Source: Caecitellus pseudoparvulus (lineage: Eukaryota > Protista > Bigyra: Bicosoecida). From it: DNA of 64,000 bases. The translations under genes and the position numbers were made by a program. The number at the start of each line of letters is the position of its first letter. The stretch's first letter is position 1. The stretch covers positions 62,001 through 126,000 of the forward strand of contig CBFFRQ010000092.1 of NCBI GenBank assembly GCA_965644315.1, given 5' to 3'. The notes beneath the pieces are model-generated. The model was not told where the DNA came from and made no database searches. It was given only the letters and a program-made list of their open reading frames with translations. Below, in pieces: positions 36,099-45,143 of the stretch.

Positions 36099-37863
36099 AT
36101 GCAAGCTTGCCTCTCCCGTTCGGCGGGATTCGTGTCCAGGCGGTGGCAGCAAGTGCCGAAGCTTGCATTGGCACACTTAGCTAGGCTGCTCTCCACTTCT
36201 GACTTTGATGCCGGCCTCCAGGCCCTCCTGGGCGGAGTACCTGGTGCTGTAGATGAGCAGGCGAGTCCAGCCGCCGCCGAGGAGAAGTCTGTGGACTTGC
36301 TGGTCATTGGCGGAGGCTCAGGTGAGCAGGGAGCCCCGAGAACCCGTTTTCGTTAGACTTCACATGCACTCCCTTGCCCTCTTTTCCACAGGTGGCTTGG
36401 CTGCGGCGCGGGTTGCGGCGGAGCTCGGTGCCTCCGTGGCGCTGGCGGATGCCGTGCCCCCCAGCCCTCGAGGCTCCACGTGGGGCCTGGGCGGCACCTG
36501 TGTGAATGTCGGCTGCATACCCAAGAAACTCATGCACCACGCTGCGCTGCTGGGGGAGACGGTGCGGGACGCAGGGGCGTTTGGGTGGGATGTGCCGCCC
36601 AGCGTGCAGCACAACTGGGAGGCGCTGCGTGGTGCAGTGAGCGACGTGCGGAAGAGCAGCAATTTCATGTACCAGAGTGCCATGTGGAGTGCCGGAGTGG
36701 ACTACGTCAACGACTGGGCCCAGTTCGCCCCTGATGGGCAGGTGCAGGTGGGGAGCAGGCAGGTGCAGGCTGAACACGTACTTCTGGCGCCAGGGACACG
36801 CCCGAGCAGCTTGTTGGGCACCCAGCAGCAGCCCTTGGATGCGAAAGTCGTGACGTCGGATGACATATTCACCCTGCAAGAGTTCCCTACCAGGGTGGTC
36901 ATTGTGGGGGCTGGCTACGTCGCCCTGGAGTGTGCGGGTTTCTTGCTGGGGCTGGGCGCGCAAGTGACGGTTCTGGTGCGTGGGCAGATCTTGCGGGGGT
37001 TCGACCGGGACTTTGCGAGCAAAGTGCACTCCGACCTGGTGGAGCGTGGGGCGGCGTTCCATGTTGGCGTCGTGGATGACATTCTGGACGCCGATGGCGG
37101 CGGTGTTGTCGTGTGTACATCCGAAGGCGAGCAGCTGCCTGCGAACGCCGTACTGAATGCGACAGGGCGCTCAGCCCAGACCCTGGGCATGGGGCTACAC
37201 TTCAGGGGGTACGATGCAGCGGCGCTGGAAGCAGACAGGGGCTTTGTGCGTGTGGACGAGGGGGGACTGTGTCAAGTGCAGGGAGCGGCGGGAGTGTTCG
37301 CCGTGGGCGACGCGGTGCTGTCCAACCCCCAGCTGACACCGTTCGCGATTAAAGAGGGCGAGATGCTGTCTCGCCGCCTCTTCGCGGGGGCTACCGCGAC
37401 CCTCTCAAGGTCTGCCGTTCCGACAGCGATTTTTACCCCCACGGAATACGCGTGTGTGGGCCTGAGTGAGGAAGAGGCGAGGGAGAGGCACCCACAAGTG
37501 GAGGTGTACCACACGAACATGACCCCCACCGAGTGGGCACCTCCAGCTCTGAAGAAGCCTAAGAACAAGTGCTCTGCGAAGGTCATCGTCGTGCCGTCGC
37601 CCGGCTCTGCCGCTCCGCCGGGCGACGGCTGGGCAGCAGAACACCCGCCGAGCCACCAGCAGGTGGTGGGTGTGCATTTCTTCGGGCCACATGCGGGTGA
37701 AGTCATGCAGGGCTTCGGCGTGGCGCTGAACACGGGGCACCTGACGCTGGAGACGCTGCAGCAGAGCACGGGCATACACCCCACCCTTGCTGAGGAATTC
37801 GTGAACCTCTCCGTGACCAAGTCCAGCGGCGTGTCCCCAGACAAGCAGCTGTGCTGTGGCTGA
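36099..37863 (+). CDS. TXNRD: High-Mr thioredoxin reductase, probably mitochondrial, with C-terminal Cys-Cys-Gly
   Basis: LLVIGGGSG|GLAAA (intron 36322-36391), GGTCVNVGCIPKK, GAGYVALECAGFL, GIHPTLAEE, ends QLCCG*. Arg-rich, acid-free first ~33 aa. Confidence 0.92.
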
Positions 37864-37874
37864 CGCGCCACTGC

Positions 37875-40196
37875 CTACTTCTGGCCCTGGGCTGCCTTCC
37901 GGGCCATGGCTGCATACGAGTTGCCTGCCGGCTGTGCCTGGTTGTGTTGTGCCTTGGGTGCTGCTGCCAGGGCCGACGGGTCAATGCGCGTGGCTGTGCG
38001 GCTTTTGCGGCCGCTGGGCTGCTGCTTCGCCACACCGCGGCCCGCGCCCCGCTTCTGCCCGGGCAGCGCAGACGGCACCGCCTTCACGGCAGCCATCCTG
38101 CCCTGCAGCAGGTGCAGCGCTGCCGCTGCAGACTTGCTGTGCTTCTGCTCCACGGCGACGGGGGAGGCAGGGGGTCGCGGCGCCACAGCCGGCGGCGCCG
38201 CCTGCTGAGCGGCAACGGCATGGACAGGTGCAGGCAGGCCTGGCATCCGGCGTTGGAGCGCGGGATCCATGGGCAGGGCCAGGACGGCTTGCTGGCCCTT
38301 CAGCAGAGTGTTGAACCACGTCACAAAGGGCGCCAGCACTGCAGCAGGCAGCCGGCGCTGTGCCGAGGTGGGCGCTGTGTCACGCACTGGGTCTTGCAGG
38401 CGGGGGCAGTCCACGACGAAGTCCGAGCGTGCACGTGCGCCTTGCACCAGGAGCGCCGCGAGGGCGGAGTGACGGGCGTCCACAGCGGCTGCTGCCGGCG
38501 TGATGAGGAAGTCATCTGCTGCGTTCAAGAGCGCCTCTCGCACACTGGGCGTGCCCAGGAGACGCTGCACGATGCTGACGACGCCAGCCCGCGCCGCTGC
38601 GCCCAGGAGCGTCTGCCCGAACACGCTGGAGCGGCACTTGAGCGCCTCTTGGCAGGCCAGACTGCCTTGCACGAATGCAGCGTTCAGCAGGGCTGTGGCG
38701 GGCTGCGCACCAGCTGGGCCGTGAGCGTTCAGGGAAGTCACTGCCGTGTCCAGCATGGCGCCGGCGTCGCCGTCAGCACGCAGAGGTGCGCGGGAGTCGA
38801 ACAGTGCCTGCAGTGTGGCCTGCGGCACGTCCGCTGGTTTCTCTGGTGCTGGCGCCGTGCCCCATGCATCTGGCTGTGCGGGTGGTGGGTTGGCGGGCAC
38901 TGGCTGAGTCTTCTGGCGCCGAGCTGGCTTGGGCGCCCTGGGCTGCTTGCGCTCCTCCGCAGCCAGCGCGGCGCTCTCCCGCTGTAAGACGGCAGAGAAG
39001 TTAGCCTTGGTGCTCTCAGGCACTGGTTCAGGCTGGGCTGGTTGTGGAGCCTTCGCTGCTTGGGCACTGGCGGTCTGTGCGGGCACTGGCTCTGCCACGG
39101 GCTCTGCCTCGGGTGCTTGCTCATGGGCTTCAGCCTCCTGCGCTTCCTCCTCCTCCAGTTGCGCCATGAGGCTGGCTACGCTGAAGTCTGATGTCTGCAG
39201 CTTGAGTGGGGGGGGAGCCGGGCAGTCGCCCTCTGCAGGCTCTGCCGTCCACTGCCCGGGAGCACCCTTCACGCCGTACCCAGCTGCATGCACCTTGGCC
39301 CACCACTCTTGCAGAGACTCAGCAACCTGGGAAGCACGGTCACTCACCACCTCCTCCAGCAGGCCCACCTGGCAGTGCAGTCCATTCAACAGGGCCGCCG
39401 CTGCGCAAGCCCCAGCGTCAGAGGCCGCCGCATCGCCCTCATGCGCTGCCTCCCACCAAGGCACGTGGCACTGGGCATGCGCAGTCTGCAGCGTTTCAAT
39501 GCACTGCCGCGTTTCGCCTTGTCCCTGCAGCAGCGACAGGCGTGCTGCATACAGCTCAGCGCGCACTGGGTGTGCCTCTGCCACGTTGCTGGGCAGCAGG
39601 GCAAGGCCCTCGTCAACCAGCCTCAGCGCAGTGTCAGTATCCAGAGTGGCGCCAGCGTCGCCCAGTGACCGGGCCCGAGCCAGCTTGCTCTGGGCCTGAG
39701 CAACTGCTGCAGCCTGCACTTCAGCCAGAGCCGTGGCTGCGCTGACGCTGGTGCCGGCTGCTTGCGGGGCAGCCCCCGGCACGATGCGCACGTCCACGTG
39801 CACTTCGCCGCGGCAAATGCGCGTGCGCTGCGAAGAGGAGGCAGCAGCACGCTCCCGCGCCGCTGCTGCCGCCTGCAGGGCCTGCTGTGTCCTGGTCTGT
39901 GTCTCCTGCATCAGCGCCGTGTGGGCCAGGGCGCGCGTTGCAGGGTTGCCCTGCATGGCGCGCTCAAGGACCTCCTCCTGCGTCAGCTTCCGGTTCATGT
40001 GCGAGTCTTCCTCTGGCTCCTTGCGCACACGCCCTCCTCGCTTCTTCGCACGGCGCTTTGACTTTGCGGCTGCGGACATTGACGGGGCGGGCGCTGGAGC
40101 AGGTGCCGGCAGCTCAGCCACTGCTGCCTTGATCGTGTTTGAGTGCCCGCCAAACACATAGGCGGGGTCTTGCAGGAGCTGCTGTCGAGCCGCCAT
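37875..40196 (-). CDS. Intronless 773-aa protein with a TPR-like helical pair and about two ankyrin-like repeats; function unknown
   Basis: Long ORF with coding bias; LVDEGLALLP..RAELYAARL; GQTLLGAAARAGVVSIVQRLL; TPAAAAVDARHSALAALL; basic NLS-like KSKRRAKKR. Confidence 0.7.
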   Translation of the reverse strand: MAARQQLLQDPAYVFGGHSNTIKAAVAELPAPAPAPAPSMSAAAKSKRRAKKRGGRVRKEPEEDSHMNRKLTQEEVLERAMQGNPATRALAHTALMQETQTRTQQALQAAAAARERAAASSSQRTRICRGEVHVDVRIVPGAAPQAAGTSVSAATALAEVQAAAVAQAQSKLARARSLGDAGATLDTDTALRLVDEGLALLPSNVAEAHPVRAELYAARLSLLQGQGETRQCIETLQTAHAQCHVPWWEAAHEGDAAASDAGACAAAALLNGLHCQVGLLEEVVSDRASQVAESLQEWWAKVHAAGYGVKGAPGQWTAEPAEGDCPAPPPLKLQTSDFSVASLMAQLEEEEAQEAEAHEQAPEAEPVAEPVPAQTASAQAAKAPQPAQPEPVPESTKANFSAVLQRESAALAAEERKQPRAPKPARRQKTQPVPANPPPAQPDAWGTAPAPEKPADVPQATLQALFDSRAPLRADGDAGAMLDTAVTSLNAHGPAGAQPATALLNAAFVQGSLACQEALKCRSSVFGQTLLGAAARAGVVSIVQRLLGTPSVREALLNAADDFLITPAAAAVDARHSALAALLVQGARARSDFVVDCPRLQDPVRDTAPTSAQRRLPAAVLAPFVTWFNTLLKGQQAVLALPMDPALQRRMPGLPAPVHAVAAQQAAPPAVAPRPPASPVAVEQKHSKSAAAALHLLQGRMAAVKAVPSALPGQKRGAGRGVAKQQPSGRKSRTATRIDPSALAAAPKAQHNQAQPAGNSYAAMARKAAQGQK

Positions 40197-40382
40197 GGTG
40201 GGAGTGGCGCGCTTGGCGTGCAGTGGCCGGCGCCGCCGACGGCGTGCTGCGAAACGCTGGTGCCGCCTGAAACGCCGGTGGATTCAAGCGTGTGCAAAGC
40301 GAGCAGCTCGTGAGCCGCCACGTGGTTCATGCGACGGTGTGTGAATGTGGCATGAGAGAGCTATTGGTTGTGCATGCTGCTT

Positions 40383-42193
40383 TCAGGGGGCAGGCGGCGC
40401 GGCCGCCCCGGCTTCAGCTGCTGGCTCACCCTCGCTCCCATCCACGATTTCAACCAGCCCTGCCCGTCGCAGCAACGGCAGCGCCAGGCCCACCCCCAGC
40501 AGCTTGGCATACCTGGCAGCATCACGCCCCGCTCCAAAGAACAGCAGCTCCCCAGCGAAGCGCTTGAGCATGTCCTGAGGCGGGTTCAGCTGCATGCTTG
40601 CTTTGAGCGCGCTGAACAACGGCGCCGTCGGCTGACCGCTGGAGTCATCCACAGTGCTGTCGTACAGCAGAGGCACGCTGGCAGCCTCCCCTGCGGCAGT
40701 GGAGGCCATGGAGGAGGGCGCCGCGACAGCCTTGAAGCCGCTGCCTTGCATGATGGTGGGGAGCACTGCGGCGCGCACCGGCAACTCCGCAGCACACAGA
40801 CGGTGCAGGAGCATGACGGAGGGAAACGCAGCACTGGGCGTGACGGACATGAAGGAGGGGTCAAATGGCACGCTGGGCGCCTCGCGTGTACTGCTCTCCG
40901 GGATGCCGTCACTCAGGAATTGCCGTGCCACTTGGGGCTGGGCGTTGGCGATGGCGAGGAGGCTGTGGTGGGTGAAACGCAGCAGGGCGCCCAGCCCACC
41001 TGCGTGCTGCACGTGCAGGGCCAGCGACCACTCCGCCTCCACGCCGGGCTCCAGAGGCCGCATGGACGCTTGCAGTGGGATTTGAGACAGCACCTTCACG
41101 GCCTCTTGCTGGGTCGGCAGCACCCAGGCGTGCGAAGCGGTGGACAGGCGCAGGATGCGAACGAGGGTGGTGACAAAGTCACTGATGTCCTGCATCCACT
41201 GCTGGCGCTGGGCGTCGGGCACGTCTGCGGTGGCCACGGCACGCTCCGCCCCTCGAGCCAGTGCAAAAGCTGCCTGAAGTGCGCCCTTGCACTGTGCTTG
41301 CATGTCGGCATCGGCCAAGGGCGCTGCAGCAGCGCCGCCCTCCCAGCCGTCGAGACGGGCGACCAGCAGCTGGTCCAGCACACGCACAGCTGAGTGGGCC
41401 TTGCCGTCTGGCGTGGGCACAGTGGCGATGAAGGCTGCTTGGAGGAAGGCTGGGTTGGTGGCGGTCAGGCGCATGAGTAGGGCCAGCACACGAGAGAGCA
41501 GGGCGTGGGGGACATGGGGAGCCTGCAAGGGAGGAGGGTGTCAGGCGGCCCGTGGGCGAGCAGCGCGTTGGCCTCAGCATCTGGCTGACGCACCACCAGG
41601 CCGAGCAAGGCTGCGTGCCCTGCCAGCGACTCCACGAACTCCGTCTGGGCAGCGGGGTTGGCCACTAGGCCGTTGTTAAGCAGCTTTAAGGCGCGCAGGG
41701 CAACATCTTGAGCCGGATCCTCCGTCACAATTGCAAGGCAAGCTTCGAGCACCTGTGCAGGGGACGCCAGGGGAAGCGGGCGTGGTGGGCACTGCGACAG
41801 CGCCGAGTCGCCACTGCAGCTTGCGCGGACCTCTCGCGTTCCGAACGGCTCGTACTCCTCCTTTGAGCGGAGGCAGCTGACGATGCGCTGCAGCATTTGC
41901 GCCGCGCAGTCAAGCTTTCCCTCTGTGGCAAGGGGCAGCCGGGTGAAGGTGGCTGCACGCTCTGCGGTATTTGAAGCGCCCGCCGCACCCTTCGAGGCAG
42001 GCTCCGCGAGCCGGGAGTTCCACAGACTGAGGGCTGCATCCAAGAGCGCCTTGCACGTGCTGACCCGATCGGGTGCATGTGCTGGAATGCCATCACTGGA
42101 GGCCAAGTACACAGCCCAGGCGTCCAGCCCTGCGTCTGGCGGTGGCAATGCTGCCTCTGCTGCACGTGCAGCTTCTGCCTCAAACGCTGCCAT
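40383..42193 (-). CDS. RIC8: RIC8/synembryn-like G-alpha chaperone/GEF, 3 exons
   Basis: C-terminal KRFAGELLFFGAGRDAARYAKLLGVGLALPLLRRAGL resembles the Ric8 KxxAAEFLFxLCxExxxRFIKYTGYGNAAGLL motif; ARM-like ALRALKLLNN. Introns 41753-41830, 41523-41593. Confidence 0.72.
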
Positions 42194-42336
42194 GCCAGCT
42201 CGGACGTATCCACTGGAAAGCTGGAGCGTGCATGCTCCTCCATCTGGGTCGCGTGCATTGGATGGGATTTGTGTGTCGCTGCCACACGCCCTCTTCCCAG
42301 AGTTGCTGCCTGTTTTGCCCAGCGCAGAGGGCCACA

Positions 42337-43254
42337 TCACTTGGCTGCAGCTGCCCGCAGCAGCAGCATGGTCTTCCGGCCCCGCCGAGTGCTGGTGCCA
42401 CCCCACACAGCGTCTTTGGCCGGCTGTACAGCACTTTCACCAGCTTTCCGTCTGTAGCGAGCGGACACGGCTCGATGGCCGGTCAGGCCCAGCAGCTCAC
42501 GCATGACGCCCAGGTGGCTACCCAGGAGTGCCCCTCTGAAGCCGGCTTCAGGCCCAGAGATGCTTCTTGCATGCACATCCACCATGCGCTCTCCCGTGAG
42601 GGCCAGCAGTTGCTGCACTATGTCCACGCGGCCGTGCCCGCAAGCTTCGCGGAAGGGAGCCTCAGGGCCTTTCCTGTCGCAAGCGTGCACATCCACGGCA
42701 CGGTCGCCACTCAGCGCGAGCAACTCCCGAACCACGTCAGCATGCCCCAGGCGACATGCCTCACAAAAAGCGACTTCGCGCCCATACTCATCAGCAGCAT
42801 GCACATCCACCTGCCGGTCGCCGCTCAAGCTCAGAAGCTCCCGCACCACGTCTAAGTGTCCATGGTTGCATGCCAGTCGGAAGGCTGCCTCAGGGCCATC
42901 CCCAGGATCGCCGTGGACATTCACAGTTTGTGGTCCACTCACTGCCAGCAGCTCGCGCACGATGTCGATGTGCCCTCCACTACATGCCTCTCTGAATGCA
43001 ATGTCGAACGCGCCGCGCATGTCGGCGCTTCGTGCTTTCGCCAGTCTGATCAGCTCCCTCAACAAAGGAAGGTGACCTTTGCCTGCAGCTGCGGCAGCTC
43101 CAATTGATACGTTCCCCACCGAAAGCGTAGCCATGCAGCTCTTGGCGGCGTCAGAATCCTCCCCTAGCAACGCAACCAATGCGCTTGCATGCAGGCTCAA
43201 GCATGCCCTCCTCCATCGACGCAGCCAGTCGTCAGCGCTGCCCTGGTCGTCCAT
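42337..43254 (-). CDS. Intronless 38-aa ankyrin-like repeat protein, copy 1 (305 aa)
   Basis: Repeats GPEAAFRLACNHGHLDVVRELLSLSGDRQVDVHA; intact ORF. Confidence 0.85.
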   Translation of the reverse strand: MDDQGSADDWLRRWRRACLSLHASALVALLGEDSDAAKSCMATLSVGNVSIGAAAAAGKGHLPLLRELIRLAKARSADMRGAFDIAFREACSGGHIDIVRELLAVSGPQTVNVHGDPGDGPEAAFRLACNHGHLDVVRELLSLSGDRQVDVHAADEYGREVAFCEACRLGHADVVRELLALSGDRAVDVHACDRKGPEAPFREACGHGRVDIVQQLLALTGERMVDVHARSISGPEAGFRGALLGSHLGVMRELLGLTGHRAVSARYRRKAGESAVQPAKDAVWGGTSTRRGRKTMLLLRAAAAK

Positions 43255-43718
43255 GGCGTGGTGGCTTCAAGTTCCGCACCCGTCGGGCCCACTTGAAGCC
43301 CCAGAAAACCTTCGTTTTGCGTCGTTTTCGTTGGCATGGAAGGTGTGATTATGGCTATGCATTTCCACCCAGTGTGGGGAGGCGCACTTTTGAGTGTTGC
43401 AGCGCCGTGATTTGCCTTGTCCTTCCGTGCGCCCTTGAGCTTGTTGACTGCAGGTTCACGAAGTTCCCTAACACTTCATCCTCCACATGCGCCGAGGTGC
43501 CGGTGGACAGCCCTGCGTCTGGCGGTGGCAATGCTGCCTCTGCTGCACGTGCAGCTTCTGCCTCAAACGCTGCCATGCCAGCTCGGACGTGTCCACTGGA
43601 AAGCTGGAGCGTGCATGCTCCTCCATCTGGGTCGCGTGCATTGGATGGGATTTGTGTGTCGCTGCCACACGCCCTCTCCTGAGGTCTGCTGCCTGGTTGC
43701 CCAGCGCAGAGGGCCACA

Positions 43719-44738
43719 TCACCTGGCTGCAGCTGCCCGCAGCAGCAGCATGGTCTTCCGGCCCCGCCGAGTGCTTGTGCCACCCCACACAGCGTCTTTG
43801 GCCGGCCGCACTGCCGCCTGTCCAGCTTCGAGTCGTGCGTGAAGGGGGATGGCTCGATGGCCGGTCAGGCCCAGCAGCTCACGCAACACGCCCGGCATGT
43901 TATGCAGAAGTGCCTCCTTGAAGGCGGCGTCAGGCCCATGAGATCCTTCTGCATGCACATCTACTGCACGCTCTCCCGTGAGGGCCAGCAGTTGCTGCAC
44001 TATGTCCACATGGCCATGCGTACAAGCGTTGCGGAAGGCCAGCTCCGGGCCATGCTTGCCAGCGGCGTGCACGTCCACTGCACGGGCGCCACTCAGTGCG
44101 AGTAGCTCGCGCACCACACTTGCATGACCGTTTACACATGCCCACTTGAAGGCGGCCTCGCCTTGGCTGTTCACATCCACTGCACGGTCGCCGCTCAGTG
44201 CCAGCAGCTCCCGAACCACGCCAACATGCCCCAGGCGACAGGCCTCACGAAAGCCGGCTTCGCGCCCATACTCATCTGCGGCGTGCACATCCACCTGCCG
44301 ATCACCGCTCAAGCTCAGAAGCTCCCGCACCACGTCTAAGTGTCCATGGTTGCATGCCCGTCGGAAGGCTGCCTCAGGGCCATCCCCATCGTCGCCGTGG
44401 ACATTCACTGCTAGGGGCTCATCCAGCGCCAGCAGCTCGCGCACGATGTCGAGGTGCCCTCCACTACATGCCTCTATCAGTGCGACATCGAATGCACCGC
44501 GCATGTCGGCGCTTCGTGCTTCAGCTAGACTGATCAGCTCCCTCAACAACGCAAGGTGGCCCTCCCCTCCAGCGACGGCAGCTCCAATTGATACGTTCTC
44601 CACCGAAAGCGAAGCCATGCAGCTCTTGGCGGCGTCAGAATCCTCCCCTAGCAACGCGACCAATGCGCTTACACGCTGGTCCCAGCATGCTCTCCTCCAT
44701 CGACGCAGCCAGTCGCCGCCGCCGCCCTGGTCGTCCAT
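43719..44738 (-). CDS. Intronless 38-aa ankyrin-like repeat protein, copy 2 (339 aa, one extra repeat)
   Basis: Paralog of 42337-43254 with a 34-aa insertion NSQGEAAFKWACVNGHASVVRELLALSGARAVDV. Confidence 0.85.
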   Translation of the reverse strand: MDDQGGGGDWLRRWRRACWDQRVSALVALLGEDSDAAKSCMASLSVENVSIGAAVAGGEGHLALLRELISLAEARSADMRGAFDVALIEACSGGHLDIVRELLALDEPLAVNVHGDDGDGPEAAFRRACNHGHLDVVRELLSLSGDRQVDVHAADEYGREAGFREACRLGHVGVVRELLALSGDRAVDVNSQGEAAFKWACVNGHASVVRELLALSGARAVDVHAAGKHGPELAFRNACTHGHVDIVQQLLALTGERAVDVHAEGSHGPDAAFKEALLHNMPGVLRELLGLTGHRAIPLHARLEAGQAAVRPAKDAVWGGTSTRRGRKTMLLLRAAAAR

Positions 44739-45143
44739 GGCGTGGTGGCTTCAAGTTCCGCACCCGTCGGGCGCACCTGAACCCCAAGAATACCTGCAAC
44801 TTGCATCAGTTTCGTTGGCGTGGGGTAAGTCTTGGTAGTGCATTTCCACCCAGTGTGGGGAGGCGCACTTTTGAGTGTTGCCTCGTCCCCTTCGTGCACG
44901 TCGAGGTGCACAGGCAATTTACATGTGACGGGAGGGGCTGGGTCTTGCACGTCATTGCATTTTCACCGGGAGGTGCGATGGACACGCGTTAGCAGTGACT
45001 CCCTGTGGAGGATTTGGGCTTGCTGTGCCGAGACAAGCGGGAGAACAGTGGCAGCTGCCTCCCGGCCTGCCCGGCTCAGCACACCCAAGCTCCGCAAGGA
45101 CAAGCTGCAGCGGTGTTCAGGTGGTGAAGGCAGGTTGACCGCC

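Larger units (their letters stand above)
42125..44881. repeat. Direct tandem duplication: unit 1 at 42125-43400, unit 2 at 43508-44881
   Basis: Both units begin cagccctgcgtctggcggtggcaatg and end ccacccagtgtggggaggcgcacttttgagtgttgc; non-coding parts are nearly identical. Confidence 0.95.

Noticed and set aside
37861-37863. Terminal TGA of TrxR read as selenocysteine
   Set aside because: It follows the complete CCG motif rather than sitting at the Sec position, and readthrough would run antisense into the next gene.
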